DNA from: Escherichia coli
Lineage (GTDB): Bacteria > Pseudomonadota > Gammaproteobacteria > Enterobacterales > Enterobacteriaceae
Assembly: GCF_002310555.1 (NCBI RefSeq)
Contig: NZ_CP023359.1
DNA: 32,000 nucleotides
Strand: one strand, 5' to 3'
In this document: positions 1 through 13,088 of the stretch, piece after piece
How the letters are laid out: the number at the start of each line of letters is the position of its first letter
How positions within the stretch are numbered: position 1 is the stretch's first letter
The notes under the pieces: model-generated
Databases searched by the model: none
What the model saw: the letters and a program-made list of their open reading frames with translations, nothing else
Told to the model about the DNA's origin: nothing
Translations under genes and position numbers: made by a program

Positions 1-495
1 CAGGTATACCGGACCAATAACGCTTTTCTCACCTATGTGGAAACAGTGATTTCTTCATTGAATTTCCGCGAAACAGGGCTGGAAGAGTTTGTTGAGATGG
101 TTACTTTTTATGTCATTAACCGTTTACGTCATTACCGCGAAGAACAGGTGATTGATGATGTACCGCAGTGGCTGAAAAGTACGGTAGAAAAGATGCATGA
201 TAAAGAGCAGTTTAGTGAATCGGCGCTGGAGAATATGGTGACGTTGTCAGCCAAATCACAGGAATATTTGACGCGAGCGACTCAACGATATTATGGCAAA
301 ACACCAATGCAGATTATTAATGAGATCCGTATTAATTTTGCCAAAAAACAACTGGAAATGACCAACTATTCCGTGACGGATATTGCGTTTGAGGCCGGTT
401 ATAGTAGCCCGAGTTTGTTTATTAAAACGTTTAAGAAATTAACGTCCTTTACGCCTAAGAGCTATCGTAAGAAATTGACTGAATTTAATCAGTAA
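1..495 (+). CDS. chbR: Chitobiose operon AraC-family regulator ChbR, C-terminal part (5' end outside window)
   Basis: Frame open from base 1 to TAA at 493-495; C-terminal HTH motif '[38 protein letters not shown]'; directly upstream of chbF. Confidence 0.93.
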   Translation, partial: QVYRTNNAFLTYVETVISSLNFRETGLEEFVEMVTFYVINRLRHYREEQVIDDVPQWLKSTVEKMHDKEQFSESALENMVTLSAKSQEYLTRATQRYYGKTPMQIINEIRINFAKKQLEMTNYSVTDIAFEAGYSSPSLFIKTFKKLTSFTPKSYRKKLTEFNQ

Positions 496-599
496 GTCGT
501 TATACCTGACAATTCACATATCTGTCCTGTTGCTGGATTATTTATGTCCGGGGGGGCAGATATGCCAGATATCAGTATTCTGTACTGAAGGGAGAAATT

Positions 600-1952
600 A
601 TGAGCCAGAAATTAAAAGTCGTCACTATTGGTGGCGGGAGCAGCTATACCCCGGAGTTACTGGAAGGATTTATTAAGCGTTATCACGAATTGCCGGTCAG
701 CGAATTATGGCTGGTGGATGTCGAAGATGGTAAAGAGAAACTGGATATCATTTTTGAACTCTGCCAACGGATGATTGATAACGCTGGCGTCCCGATGAAG
801 CTTTATAAAACGCTGGATCGCCGCGAAGCATTGAAAGATGCTGATTTCGTTACTACCCAACTGCGCGTAGGCCAATTACCGGCGCGCGAACTGGATGAAC
901 GTATTCCATTAAGTCATGGTTATCTTGGTCAGGAAACCAACGGCGCGGGCGGTCTGTTTAAAGGTCTGCGTACCATTCCGGTGATTTTTGACATCGTAAA
1001 AGATGTCGAAGAACTTTGTCCGAATGCATGGGTGATTAACTTCACTAACCCGGCGGGAATGGTCACTGAAGCCGTTTATCGTCATACCGGATTTAAACGC
1101 TTTATCGGCGTGTGTAATATTCCGATCGGCATGAAGATGTTTATTCGCGATGTTCTGATGCTGAAAGACAGCGATGATTTATCTATCGATCTGTTCGGCC
1201 TCAACCATATGGTGTTCATTAAGGATGTGCTGGTAAATGGCAAGTCGCGCTTTGCCGAATTGCTTGATGGTGTGGCGTCAGGGCAGTTAAAAGCGTCCTC
1301 TGTAAAAAATATTTTCGATCTGCCATTTAGTGAGGGCTTAATTCGTTCGTTAAATCTGCTGCCATGTTCTTATCTGCTGTATTACTTCAAGCAGAAAGAG
1401 ATGCTGGCTATTGAAATGGGCGAATACTACAAAGGCGGCGCACGAGCACAGGTAGTACAGAAAGTCGAGAAACAACTTTTTGAGCTGTATAAAAATCCGG
1501 AGTTGAAAGTTAAGCCGAAAGAACTGGAACAGCGCGGTGGGGCTTATTACTCTGATGCAGCGTGCGAAGTGATCAACGCTATCTACAACGACAAGCAAGC
1601 TGAACATTACGTTAATATCCCGCATCATGGGCATATTGATAATATTCCGGCAGACTGGGCGGTAGAAATGACCTGTAAGCTGGGGCGCGATGGCGCGACG
1701 CCACATCCGCGCATTACGCATTTCGATGATAAAGTGATGGGGCTGATTCACACCATTAAAGGCTTCGAGATTGCTGCCAGCAACGCCGCACTTAGCGGAG
1801 AATTTAACGATGTGTTACTGGCGCTAAACCTTAGTCCGTTGGTGCATTCCGATCGCGATGCTGAGCTGCTGGCACGCGAGATGATTCTGGCGCACGAGAA
1901 ATGGCTGCCAAATTTTGCCGACTGCATCGCAGAGCTTAAAAAAGCACATTAA
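600..1952 (+). CDS. chbF: 6-phospho-beta-glucosidase (GH4 family), chitobiose operon
   Basis: 450-aa ORF, N-terminal 'KLKVVTIGGGSSYTPELLEGFI' NAD-binding GH4 signature; preceded by AAGGGAGAAA SD. Confidence 0.96.
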   Translation: MSQKLKVVTIGGGSSYTPELLEGFIKRYHELPVSELWLVDVEDGKEKLDIIFELCQRMIDNAGVPMKLYKTLDRREALKDADFVTTQLRVGQLPARELDERIPLSHGYLGQETNGAGGLFKGLRTIPVIFDIVKDVEELCPNAWVINFTNPAGMVTEAVYRHTGFKRFIGVCNIPIGMKMFIRDVLMLKDSDDLSIDLFGLNHMVFIKDVLVNGKSRFAELLDGVASGQLKASSVKNIFDLPFSEGLIRSLNLLPCSYLLYYFKQKEMLAIEMGEYYKGGARAQVVQKVEKQLFELYKNPELKVKPKELEQRGGAYYSDAACEVINAIYNDKQAEHYVNIPHHGHIDNIPADWAVEMTCKLGRDGATPHPRITHFDDKVMGLIHTIKGFEIAASNAALSGEFNDVLLALNLSPLVHSDRDAELLAREMILAHEKWLPNFADCIAELKKAH

Positions 1953-2723
<771 letters not shown>

Positions 2724-2735
2724 GTGAGGATGTTT

Positions 2736-2765
2736 GCCAGATGCGGCGTGAACCTTGCATCCGGC
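2736..2765. repeat. REP-like palindromic element
   Basis: GCCAGATGCGGCGTGAACCTTGCATCCGGC, imperfect inverted repeat of the E. coli REP type. Confidence 0.75.
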
Positions 2766-2826
2766 GATTAATTCCTACAAAGGCGGCGTAACTGCGCCGC
2801 TTGAGACTGCTGACAAACGCAAAACT

Positions 2827-4065
<1,239 letters not shown>

Positions 4066-4075
4066 AGTGTCTGGC

Positions 4076-4134
<59 letters not shown>

Positions 4135-4173
4135 CAATAAACTGCAATACATTGAATTTATACGACTTTGTAG

Positions 4174-4203
4174 GCCGGATAAGGCGTTCACGCCGCATCC
4201 GGC
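4174..4203. repeat. REP element downstream of the insertion
   Basis: GCCGGATAAGGCGTTCACGCCGCATCCGGC, canonical REP palindrome. Confidence 0.9.
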
Positions 4204-4232
4204 ATAAACAAAGCGCACTATGTAAATCATTT

Positions 4233-4256
4233 GAGGCGGCGCAATTGCGCCGCCTC
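4233..4256 (-). terminator. Perfect 12-bp inverted repeat just after the katE stop; candidate katE transcription end
   Basis: GAGGCGGCGCAATTGCGCCGCCTC is fully self-complementary; weak T-run on the minus strand. Confidence 0.5.
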
Positions 4257-4259
4257 CCA

Positions 4260-6521
4260 TCAGGCAGGAATTTTGTCAATCTTAGGAATGCGTGACCACA
4301 CGCGGTGTGCTGCCATCAGCGTTAGCAGTTCATCCATAAAACTACCGTCAGCGCTGTCAGCTTCCACAATCCCTTCTTCACCCTGGTCAGCGACCTTGAT
4401 TGTTGCTTTAAACTTGCGCGCGTCTCCCGCCAGCGCAATCGGTTTAAGGTGTTTGTAGGCTTCCATCAGGTAGTAGTTGGCATCGCCGTTGTCAGCGATA
4501 TCCGCGATATTGCCGCAAGGGACAATGACCGCATCGACCGTCAGCGAAGGTGCACCGGCAAAGGTAGCGGCTATAGGCAACACCGTACCGTCATCCGCAG
4601 TCACTTCACCCATTCGGGAGTAGAGCAGTTTGGCATGAACGCCTTTGGCCTTCAGGGCCTTGAGAATGGCCAGAAGGTCTGCCGATCTCACTTCATCATT
4701 AAGTAAAATCGCTACCACGCGACCTTTCACATCACCGTCAGGAATGGCGTACAAACTTAAGGATGGATCCTTTTTCAGACCGTTGACGTCCGGAGGTGGG
4801 GTGATATTCAGCTGGTCGTCAGTCAGTTCGATACCGAGATTTTTCGCCACCGCCTGGGCCAGAGTGAGATCAATATGCGCCAGCTGGTCAACAACGCGCT
4901 CACGAATATACGGACGAACGACTTTGCTTAACTCAAAACTGAAACCATCGACAATATGGCGCTGCTCGAATGGCGTCTGACTTAGCCAGAACAGACGCGG
5001 ATGGGAATAATATTCGCCAAACGATGGACTGCGCTCACGAACTTTATTTCCTTCCACGCGTTCCTGATATGATTCAAAACCGCCGCGTTTCGGTCCCGGC
5101 GGTGTTTCGCGCGGCCAGTTATCGTTGATCGAGTTCGGTTCGTAATTCGCCGGGTTAGTGTCGATCCCCATACGATGCATGCCATCACGCTGGAAGTTGT
5201 GGTAAGGGCAGGTCGGACGGTTAATCGGAATCTCATGGAAATTCGGCCCACCAAGACGACTGATTTGTGTATCGGTATAGGAGAACAAACGTCCCTGCAA
5301 CAGCGGATCGTTGGTGAAGTCCAGACCAGGAACAATATGACCTGGATGGAATGCTGCTTGTTCGTTTTCGGCAAAGAAGTTATCCGGATTGCGATTGAGC
5401 ACCATTTTGCCGACACGCTGAACGGGCACCAGTTCTTCCGGGATCAGTTTGGTTGGATCGAGAAGATCGAAGTCGAACTTGAATTCATCTTCTTCAGGAA
5501 TCAACTGGAAGCCCAGTTCGTATTCCGGAAAATCGCCTGCTTCAATGGCTTCCCACAACTCGCGGCGGTGGAAGTCCGGGTCACGTCCGGTGAGTTTTTG
5601 TGCTTCATCCCAAACGAGTGAGGCTTTACCTGCCAGTGGTTTCCAGTGGAAACGTACAAACGTTGCCTTCCCTTCGGCATTAATCAGGCGGAAGGTGTGA
5701 ATACCGAAGCCTTCCATGGTGCGGTAACTGCGGGGGATGCCGCGATCCGACATCGCCCACATCACGTTGTGCAGAGTTTCAGGTTGCAGAGAAACATAAT
5801 CCCAGAAAGTATCGTGGGCACTTTGCCCTTGTGGAATTGCCCAGTGCGGTTCTGGTTTTACCGCATGAACAAAATCGGGGAATTTATGCGCATCCTGGAT
5901 AAAGAAGATTGGCGTGTTATTGCCAACGAGGTCAAAAATACCCTCTTCAGTATAGAACTTGGTGGCAAAACCACGGATATCACGCACGGTATCGGCAGAG
6001 CCAGCGCCACCCTGAACGGTAGAGAACCTAACAAATACTGGGGTGATTTTGTTCGGATCTGAGAGGAAATCCGCTTTGGTGATATCGCTTAAGCTTTTAT
6101 ATGGCTGGAAATAACCGTGAGCTGCTGATCCGCGTGCATGAACAATACGTTCCGGGATGCGCTCATGGTCAAAGTGGGTGATTTTCTCGCGCAGAATAAA
6201 ATCTTCCAGCAGCGTTGGACCACGGTTACCGGCACGCAGTGAGTTTTGATCATCGGCGATGCGCACGCCCTGATTAGTGGTCAGCGCATAATTTTCACTG
6301 CCTTTGCGTACGTCTTCCAGAGAATTAAGTTTTTCGTTACGTGTATCAGGGGCTTTCAGGCTCCCAGGGGCGGTAGGTTGTGCACCTGGCGGTGTTGGTT
6401 CAGCCGCTGGACGATGAGATCCGTCCTCAGGTGCCAGTGAGTCCATCCCCGGTTTCGCTTCGCTGGAATCGTGTAGTGGTGACTGGTGCTGATGTGGGTT
6501 CTTTTCGTTATGTTGCGACAT
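4260..6521 (-). CDS. katE: Catalase HPII
   Basis: 753-aa ORF with '[48 protein letters not shown]' and C-terminal domain typical of large-subunit catalase. Confidence 0.98.
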   Translation of the reverse strand: MSQHNEKNPHQHQSPLHDSSEAKPGMDSLAPEDGSHRPAAEPTPPGAQPTAPGSLKAPDTRNEKLNSLEDVRKGSENYALTTNQGVRIADDQNSLRAGNRGPTLLEDFILREKITHFDHERIPERIVHARGSAAHGYFQPYKSLSDITKADFLSDPNKITPVFVRFSTVQGGAGSADTVRDIRGFATKFYTEEGIFDLVGNNTPIFFIQDAHKFPDFVHAVKPEPHWAIPQGQSAHDTFWDYVSLQPETLHNVMWAMSDRGIPRSYRTMEGFGIHTFRLINAEGKATFVRFHWKPLAGKASLVWDEAQKLTGRDPDFHRRELWEAIEAGDFPEYELGFQLIPEEDEFKFDFDLLDPTKLIPEELVPVQRVGKMVLNRNPDNFFAENEQAAFHPGHIVPGLDFTNDPLLQGRLFSYTDTQISRLGGPNFHEIPINRPTCPYHNFQRDGMHRMGIDTNPANYEPNSINDNWPRETPPGPKRGGFESYQERVEGNKVRERSPSFGEYYSHPRLFWLSQTPFEQRHIVDGFSFELSKVVRPYIRERVVDQLAHIDLTLAQAVAKNLGIELTDDQLNITPPPDVNGLKKDPSLSLYAIPDGDVKGRVVAILLNDEVRSADLLAILKALKAKGVHAKLLYSRMGEVTADDGTVLPIAATFAGAPSLTVDAVIVPCGNIADIADNGDANYYLMEAYKHLKPIALAGDARKFKATIKVADQGEEGIVEADSADGSFMDELLTLMAAHRVWSRIPKIDKIPA

Positions 6522-6724
6522 TGAACTCGTCTCCTTAATTTATTACTGAAAGGGCCGCTGTTTTGGTCAAAAAACCCTCTAACTATAGACCATCAGCCAG
6601 ATCCCGCTTCGGAGACTATTCTGGAAACGGTGTTATGAAATACACGCAAAGTGGGACGTACAGGGGCTAAATCGGCTAAACTACAGTTTTTCTGATTTTT
6701 AATATGCGTTTAGTGAAGCCAGTA

Positions 6725-6967
6725 ATGAAGAAACCGCTCCGCCAGCAAAACCGCCAGATTATTAGCTATGTCCCACGCACGGAACCCGCGCCGCCAGAAC
6801 ATGCGATAAAGATGGATTCGTTTCGTGATGTCTGGATGCTGCGTGGCAAATATGTTGCGTTCGTACTGATGGGAGAGTCATTTCTGCGCTCACCGGCGTT
6901 TACTGTGCCTGAATCCGCCCAGCGTTGGGCAAATCAGATCCGCCAGGAAGGGGAAGTGACTGAGTAA
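6725..6967 (+). CDS. cedA: Cell division modulator CedA (80 aa from this start; ORF track starts at 6704)
   Basis: 'MKKPLRQQNRQIISYVPRTEPAPPEHAIKMDSFRDVWMLRGKYVAFVLMGESFLRSPAF'; divergent from katE. Confidence 0.88.
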   Translation: MKKPLRQQNRQIISYVPRTEPAPPEHAIKMDSFRDVWMLRGKYVAFVLMGESFLRSPAFTVPESAQRWANQIRQEGEVTE

Positions 6968-7234
6968 AGATTACGTACCTCCCGGTTTTGCCGGGAGTTA
7001 CATGACCTGAAATTCTGTATTTCATTGCTACATTCATTCAAACCACCAGTAACAAAAAGCTGCCTTTGACGATCTATTGCTATAAATAAGTGATCTTTTT
7101 TCTTTAATTGTTTATTTATTTTAAAATGGTTAAGTTTTGCTAATCATGATGAGCTATTTTTGATAGTTCATCCTGTGGCGTCGCTCTTAAACTTATATTG
7201 TAAGTGACTTAGATTTAAATGAGATAATAATTTT

Positions 7235-7612
7235 GTGAACAATATGGGGCGGGAGATGTTTTCTACAAACTTAATACAGAGTAATTATGGTGATTTAAAT
7301 ATTAAAAGCCTGGCTTTCGACTCTTTTAAAGAAAGGCTTGAGTCTACCATGGCGGCACTCACTTTCTTTATATCAACGGGTCAATGTGACTGCGATGAAA
7401 TAGCAGAGTCGAACTTCAATCGTATGATTGCCTATATGTCTAACATTAACTATGATGCCTCAAAGCCAGGAGCGCCAGCACTTAGTTTTGATACGTATCT
7501 GCAGGACAATGTTAAATATAGAGTGATAATTAATAATCTTTATGGCAGTGAGTTTCGGATAAGAGATATTAATGAGAATTTTGTTGGGATGGATTTTACC
7601 TGTGAATTCTGA
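7235..7612 (+). CDS. Uncharacterised protein, 125 aa, ydjO locus (GTG start; alternative ATG at 7244)
   Basis: Open frame in AT-rich DNA between cedA and tcyP; no protein family recognised. Confidence 0.55.
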   Translation: MNNMGREMFSTNLIQSNYGDLNIKSLAFDSFKERLESTMAALTFFISTGQCDCDEIAESNFNRMIAYMSNINYDASKPGAPALSFDTYLQDNVKYRVIINNLYGSEFRIRDINENFVGMDFTCEF

Positions 7613-7681
7613 CCCGAAAAAATGACGAATTTGATCAATATAAAAATAGGTTGGTTATTCATTATTTAAGGACTATATACT

Positions 7682-8059
7682 ATGAAAAAAATTATATACA
7701 TCCTGCCGGGAGCATTTTTGCTGCGATTCAAAAAAAATGAGAGTCTCCTAAAGTTTCCTTCGATAATATCAATGCTTAATATCAATCTTCTTTTTAATCC
7801 ACTAAATCTTCCGGGAATGGGAAGTGGTGTGCTTGAAGATATTATGAGTATTCCAGATAGTTCACTTAGAAAACGTCTCGGGTATGAGGTTTTAAGCTTC
7901 TCACTACAGGCACATTCATTGAGCCAGGAATGTATTGATAAGTTGGACATTTTTTTCGCTGACGATCTGTTTAAATATGAGTCAGTATGCATCGCCGCGA
8001 TGGAACATTTAAAAAGTAAAGCAACGGCCCCTATACAAAACGGACCGTTGCCAGCATAA
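7682..8059 (+). CDS. Uncharacterised protein, 125 aa, ydjO locus
   Basis: ATG preceded by AAGGA SD (7672-7682 region); same frame as the preceding ORF but separated by TGA and TAA; ends 3 nt before the tcyP stop on the opposite strand. Confidence 0.55.
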   Translation: MKKIIYILPGAFLLRFKKNESLLKFPSIISMLNINLLFNPLNLPGMGSGVLEDIMSIPDSSLRKRLGYEVLSFSLQAHSLSQECIDKLDIFFADDLFKYESVCIAAMEHLKSKATAPIQNGPLPA

Positions 8060-8062
8060 GAA

Positions 8063-9454
8063 TTAACGGTGTGCCAGTTCGGCGTCGTCTTCGCTATCCA
8101 GAATGGCTTTATCGGTTTGCTTCAGCCACTGGCTGGTCAGCGTGCCAGCTGTCATCGAGCCACTAACGTTTAGCGCCGTACGGCCCATGTCGATAAGCGG
8201 TTCAACGGAGATTAACAGCGCCACCAGGGTTACTGGCAGGCCCATCGCAGGCAGCACAATCAGTGCGGCGAAAGTTGCACCACCACCGACACCGGCAACG
8301 CCTGCGGAACTAACGGTAACAATACCGACCAGCGTCGCAATCCACATCGGGTCCAGCGGGTTAATGCCAACCGTAGGCGCAACCATCACCGCCAGCATTG
8401 CCGGATACAAACCGGCGCAGCCGTTCTGACCAATGGTCGCACCGAAAGAGGCGGCGAAACTGGCGATGGATTCAGGAACGCCCAGACGACGCGTTTGTGC
8501 TTCCACATTCAGTGGGATAGACGCAGCACTGGAACGGCTGGTAAAGGCAAACGTCAGCACAGGCCATACCTTACGGAAGTACTTCAGCGGACTCACGCCA
8601 TTAATGCCCAGCAGAATGCCATGCACTGCAAACATAATCAGCAGACCGAGGTAGGACGCGACAACGAAACTTCCCAGTTTGATGATGTCTTGCAGGTTAG
8701 AACCTGCAACCACTTTGGTCATTAGTGCCAGAACGCCGTAAGGGGTCAACTGCATGACCAGGCGAACCAGTTTCATCACCCAGCTTTGCAGGGTATCGAT
8801 AGCGGTTAAGACGCGTTCACCTTTCGGCGCATCATCCTTCAGCAGTTTCAGCGCAGCTACACCGAGGAATGCGGCAAAAATTACCACGCTGATAATTGAC
8901 GTCGGATTGGCTCCGGTCAGATCGGCAAACGGGTTTTTCGGGATAAAGGACAAGACCAGCTGCGGAACGCTCAGGTCAGAGACTTTACCAACATAGTTAC
9001 TTTCGATGGCGTTCAGACGTGCAGTTTCTGCACCACCCTGAACCAGACCTTCAGCCGTCAAACCAAACAGGTTGGTGACCAGCACACCGACCAGCGCCGC
9101 AATCAGTGTGGTAAACAAAAGCGTACCGATGGTCAGAAAACTGATTTTGCCTAACTGAGATGCGTTATGCAGACGGGCAACCGCGCTCAGAATAGAGGCG
9201 AAGACTAACGGCATAACGATCATTTGCAGCAGTTGAACATAGCCGTTACCAACGATGTTAAACCACTGTACAGAATCTTTAAGTACCTGGCTGTCAGAAC
9301 CATAAATGGTATGCAGGGCAAGGCCAAAAACCACACCCATCACCAGACCCACCAGCACTTTTTTCGCCAGACTCCACTGTTTGTGGCGGGTCTGAGCCAG
9401 CGCAAACAGCAGTACAACGAACACCACGATGTTCGCAATTAATGGAAAGTTCAT
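8063..9454 (-). CDS. tcyP: L-cystine symporter TcyP (YdjN), dicarboxylate/amino acid:cation symporter family
   Basis: 463-aa multi-TM protein '[34 protein letters not shown]'; position between ydjO locus and ydjM. Confidence 0.94.
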   Translation of the reverse strand: MNFPLIANIVVFVVLLFALAQTRHKQWSLAKKVLVGLVMGVVFGLALHTIYGSDSQVLKDSVQWFNIVGNGYVQLLQMIVMPLVFASILSAVARLHNASQLGKISFLTIGTLLFTTLIAALVGVLVTNLFGLTAEGLVQGGAETARLNAIESNYVGKVSDLSVPQLVLSFIPKNPFADLTGANPTSIISVVIFAAFLGVAALKLLKDDAPKGERVLTAIDTLQSWVMKLVRLVMQLTPYGVLALMTKVVAGSNLQDIIKLGSFVVASYLGLLIMFAVHGILLGINGVSPLKYFRKVWPVLTFAFTSRSSAASIPLNVEAQTRRLGVPESIASFAASFGATIGQNGCAGLYPAMLAVMVAPTVGINPLDPMWIATLVGIVTVSSAGVAGVGGGATFAALIVLPAMGLPVTLVALLISVEPLIDMGRTALNVSGSMTAGTLTSQWLKQTDKAILDSEDDAELAHR

Positions 9455-9586
9455 CCCCGTTCTCCTGATCTTATTATTTCTATCACTGCGTAGCAGTCAT
9501 AGTGTTGGCGCAAGATTAACAGAACTGTGAGCTGGCTCTTATATTCAAATGGAATTGCTTATTCCAGAAAGGTGATTTTTGCCTTT

Positions 9587-10177
9587 TTAGTATTCAACCT
9601 GATGCTTAATAAGCCGATGAAACTGGATCTGCAAGGTATTGATCATTTGCGATGACCAACGAACCGCGCTGTTTTCGGGTAATGAATGGGGCATCCATAC
9701 CGACCAGACAAATAATGCCATGCAGATAAAACGTTCCAGTTGGTTGCCCTTTTGGGGAACCAGGATAGGCAAGCGGAAACGCCAGCGACATGGCCAGAGC
9801 AGGGGAACACCGGCGGGTGTCAGCATATCGGCAAGTATGTGGCTTAAATAACCCAGCACCATTCCTTGTAGCGCATCAGCCGGAATGAACCAGCTTTCAG
9901 GAACCTTAAGGTAAAAGGTTGCCAGCAGCGCAAATACCGCCAGCAGACTGTGGGTAAAACCACGATGCCCAAAAGCGCGGGCGATCGGTTTTGATATCCA
10001 CTTTAATCGCTGCCCAAGAAACGACTTTGGGTGATCGATGTCCGGTAACAAACACGTCAGGATTGCGGAAGGGACAATATGCCACCAGTCACCCTGTGCC
10101 AGCACGGGCGTCAGCTCGGCATTTTTGGCAAATACCGCACAAGCAATAGAAAAGAGAAGGTGACCTTCCGCCGTCAT
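9587..10177 (-). CDS. ydjM: Inner membrane protein YdjM, metal-dependent hydrolase-like family, SOS-regulated
   Basis: 'MTAEGHLLFSIACAVFAKNAELTP...LPDIDHPKSFLGQRL...GHRGFTHSLLAVF'; LexA box just upstream. ORF track start at 10189 is 4 codons further upstream. Confidence 0.92.
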   Translation of the reverse strand: MTAEGHLLFSIACAVFAKNAELTPVLAQGDWWHIVPSAILTCLLPDIDHPKSFLGQRLKWISKPIARAFGHRGFTHSLLAVFALLATFYLKVPESWFIPADALQGMVLGYLSHILADMLTPAGVPLLWPCRWRFRLPILVPQKGNQLERFICMALFVWSVWMPHSLPENSAVRWSSQMINTLQIQFHRLIKHQVEY

Positions 10178-10191
10178 GATAAAACTCACTA

Positions 10192-10211
10192 AACTGTCGA
10201 TACGTACAGTA
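10192..10211 (-). promoter_or_regulatory. LexA (SOS) box upstream of ydjM
   Basis: AACTGTCGATACGTACAGTA, CTG-N10-CAG; a second degenerate site TATAGGATTTTTATACAGTG-like sequence follows. Confidence 0.88.
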
Positions 10212-10339
10212 TAGGATTTTTATACAGTGCACGGAAGTGGTGACGGTGTAACTCTTTCTCTTAAATTGACGATTAATCCGTCAGTTGAATGCAAATTCAG
10301 ATAAAGAACCAGGGGCAGCGAGATCACTGCCCCTGGTCA

Positions 10340-11008
10340 TTAACCGAGAAGGTCTTTTGCGGTGAGTTCTGTCAGCGATGAGAGTTTGACGTTTGCTAAT
10401 ACAAAACGTGGATCATTTTGCGCTTCTGGCGCAGGAACGACAATGGAACGCATGCGGGCTGCTTTAGAGGCGATCATGCCATTTACTGAATCTTCCAGCG
10501 CTACGCAGGTCAGTGGGTCAACGCCCAGTTTTGCTGCGCAGTCGAGATATACTTGCGGATGCGGCTTGCTGTAAGGCAGTTTTTCAGCCGAGGCGAGGGC
10601 ATCGAAACTGTCGCGTAAGTCAAACATGGTCAACACTTTTTCCAGCATATGTAGTGGTGACGCGGAGGCCAGTCCCACCAATAAACCTTGTTCTTTGCAT
10701 AACGCAACGGCTTCGCGCACGCCTGGTAATAATGGACGTGTCTCTTCAACCAGTGAAATGGCACGGGCAATAACCCGTTCTACTACTTCCTGACGGCTTG
10801 GCCCATTCCACGGTTGCCGGGCGTACCAAAGATCGACCACCATATCGATGCGTAAACCTAAGGTGTCCGGCAGCTCGTTACGACGGGAGATATCCACCCC
10901 CAGGCTTGCCATCACATCCAGTTCGGCTCGATCCCATAAAGGTTCTGAGTCGATAAGTAATCCATCCATATCAAAAATTGCAGCAAGAATCTGACGCGGG
11001 GTTGACAT
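10340..11008 (-). CDS. yniC: HAD-like sugar phosphatase (YniC / HxpB)
   Basis: 'ILAAIFDMDGLLIDSEPLWDRAELDVM' HAD motif I; 222 aa. Confidence 0.93.
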   Translation of the reverse strand: MSTPRQILAAIFDMDGLLIDSEPLWDRAELDVMASLGVDISRRNELPDTLGLRIDMVVDLWYARQPWNGPSRQEVVERVIARAISLVEETRPLLPGVREAVALCKEQGLLVGLASASPLHMLEKVLTMFDLRDSFDALASAEKLPYSKPHPQVYLDCAAKLGVDPLTCVALEDSVNGMIASKAARMRSIVVPAPEAQNDPRFVLANVKLSSLTELTAKDLLG

Positions 11009-11154
11009 AACAACCTCTCCTTTAGAGCATTATGTGTAAGGTATTAAGCCGTGCTTATGATTAAGCGCCTATCATATCGCCTTTAAAGAATGGGCGAAAA
11101 CAGATATCTACAGGTAAACTAAGTGAAACGACGCGTCTTAATCAAGGAGAACTC

Positions 11155-11691
11155 ATGACGTATCAACAAGCTGGACGCATTGCTGTTTTGAAAAGGATTT
11201 TGGGTTGGGTGATTTTTATACCTGCATTGATCTCTACATTGATTTCTTTGCTGAAATTTATGAATACCCGGCAGGAAAACCAGGAAGGCATTAATGCGGT
11301 CATGCTCGACTTTACTCATGTCATGATCGATATGATGCAGGCGAATACGCCTTTTTTGAATCTGTTCTGGTATAACTCCCCGACGCCCAATTTTAATGGT
11401 GGCGTGAACGTTATGTTCTGGGTGATTTTCATCCTGATTTTTGTCGGACTGGCGTTGCAGGATTCCGGTGCCCGGATGAGTCGCCAGGCGCGCTTCTTGC
11501 GGGAAGGTGTTGAAGATCAACTCATTCTGGAAAAAGCCAAAGGGGAAGAGGGGCTAACGCGTGAACAAATTGAGTCCCGTATTGTTGTTCCGCACCATAC
11601 TATTTTCCTGCAGTTTTTCTCACTATATATCCTGCCGGTTATTTGTATTGCTGCAGGTTATGTGTTCTTTTCTCTGCTTGGGTTTATTTAA
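11155..11691 (+). CDS. yniB: Inner membrane protein YniB
   Basis: 178-aa ORF with hydrophobic N- and C-terminal segments, AAGGAG SD, conserved position. Confidence 0.88.
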   Translation: MTYQQAGRIAVLKRILGWVIFIPALISTLISLLKFMNTRQENQEGINAVMLDFTHVMIDMMQANTPFLNLFWYNSPTPNFNGGVNVMFWVIFILIFVGLALQDSGARMSRQARFLREGVEDQLILEKAKGEEGLTREQIESRIVVPHHTIFLQFFSLYILPVICIAAGYVFFSLLGFI

Positions 11692-11697
11692 TCAAAA

Positions 11698-11714
11698 GGC
11701 CGCACGGAGCGGCC
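11698..11714 (-). terminator. Intrinsic terminator for yniA (minus strand)
   Basis: GGCCGC-TCCGT-GCGGCC followed by TTTT on the minus strand. Confidence 0.65.
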
Positions 11715-11731
11715 ATTATCCTCAACCCATA

Positions 11732-12592
11732 TCATGCTGCTAATAATCTATCCAATGACTGCTGAGCAATAACCAAATGCTGACCGCCAAATAATCTTGC
11801 ACGATTTAAAAGCGTGTAGAGTTGGTAAACCGGTTGACGTTCAAGGAAATCGGCAGGTAGCGGGGATACTGACTGATAGCCGTCATAGATTTGTGGCGGC
11901 TGTTCAGTATGCAGCGGTAACATCGCCAGGTCGCACTCTCGGTCACCCCAGTAGCAGGCAGGGTCGAAAATGTACGGGCCATCCGGACCCAGCGCACAGT
12001 TGCCGGACCATAAATCGCCGTGCAACAGAGAAGGCTGCGGTTGATGCGAGGCCAGACGCTGCTGAATATGCTCGACGATGGCGTCGATATTGCCGAAAGC
12101 GATCCCTTTCTCTGCTGCCAGTTCCAACTGCCAGCCAATCCGTTGTTCAGCAAAAAACGTTGACCAGCGACGTTGCCAGGTGTTGGGCTGTGGAGTTGTG
12201 GAGAGCGAGTTATCAAAATCGAGGCCAAATTGTGGTTGGTCACTCCATTGATGTAAACGCGCAATTTGCTGACCAAGAATAAATGCGCTATGCGCATCCA
12301 GCGGACGAGGTGGGAGATAATCCATCACCAGAAAACTGTAGTCACGGTCAGCGCCTACTGCCCAAACCTTAGGCACGGTGACGGTTTTACTACGCGACAG
12401 TAACTCCAGTTGGTCGGCTTCGGCGGTAAAACCGGGAAGCAGTTCCCTTTCATCACATTTGACGAAAAAGTCATGTCCTGCATAGCGCAAATGCCATGCG
12501 GCATGGACTTCTCCGCCGGGCAGTTCATTACGCAGTTCGATTTCGCCTTCACCTAACTGCTCGCTCAAAAGACGACTGATTGCCTGCCACAT
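11732..12592 (-). CDS. yniA: Fructosamine kinase family protein YniA
   Basis: 286 aa, 'LLHGDLWSGNCALGPDGPYIFDPACYWGDRECDLAM' kinase motifs. Confidence 0.93.
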   Translation of the reverse strand: MWQAISRLLSEQLGEGEIELRNELPGGEVHAAWHLRYAGHDFFVKCDERELLPGFTAEADQLELLSRSKTVTVPKVWAVGADRDYSFLVMDYLPPRPLDAHSAFILGQQIARLHQWSDQPQFGLDFDNSLSTTPQPNTWQRRWSTFFAEQRIGWQLELAAEKGIAFGNIDAIVEHIQQRLASHQPQPSLLHGDLWSGNCALGPDGPYIFDPACYWGDRECDLAMLPLHTEQPPQIYDGYQSVSPLPADFLERQPVYQLYTLLNRARLFGGQHLVIAQQSLDRLLAA

Positions 12593-12697
12593 GATGTCTC
12601 TCCCATGTTGTCTGCCAGATCATAAGGTTAGCGCAAGAATGCGGTGTAAAAACACGAGCTAACGCACACCACAGACTGATTATTGCCCAAAAACCAT

Positions 12698-12988
12698 TTA
12701 TTTTCTGTTGCTATTCCATTCCTCCCAGGTCGTGATGGTGATTTCAGGATCTTTGCCGGTTGCACTTTGGGTAAGCCCCGAAACCAGTTCTCTAATTTCT
12801 TCTTCACTTTGGGTACTGATAAGTCCAAAAGTGTTAGTCCCCAGCTCATGGATATTTCCCTCATCATCCGTCATGGTGAGCAAAAAACCGTCGCGAGTCA
12901 GGTAATTATTCAACTCGTTAATTTCAGTCAATGTATCCTCATGCAACATGACGGTTATGACATAACGGACAAGATCGCCACTGGCCAT
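12698..12988 (-). CDS. ydiZ: Uncharacterised protein YdiZ
   Basis: 96-aa ORF 'MASGDLVRYVITVMLHEDTLTEINELNNYLTRDGF' between yniA and pfkB. Confidence 0.88.
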   Translation of the reverse strand: MASGDLVRYVITVMLHEDTLTEINELNNYLTRDGFLLTMTDDEGNIHELGTNTFGLISTQSEEEIRELVSGLTQSATGKDPEITITTWEEWNSNRK

Positions 12989-13088
12989 AGTTCACCCCTT
13001 TGTTATCACATGACTTTTGAGCATAGTCGGAGAAACGCGTTGCCGACAGGTTGGTGGTGATTCCCCCAATGCTGGGGGAATGTTTTTG

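Noticed and set aside
4449-6440. Several plus-strand ORFs opposite katE
   Set aside because: Shadow ORFs of a well-supported catalase CDS.
12628-12867. 79-aa minus-strand ORF overlapping ydiZ
   Set aside because: Overlaps ydiZ in another frame and lacks recognisable features.
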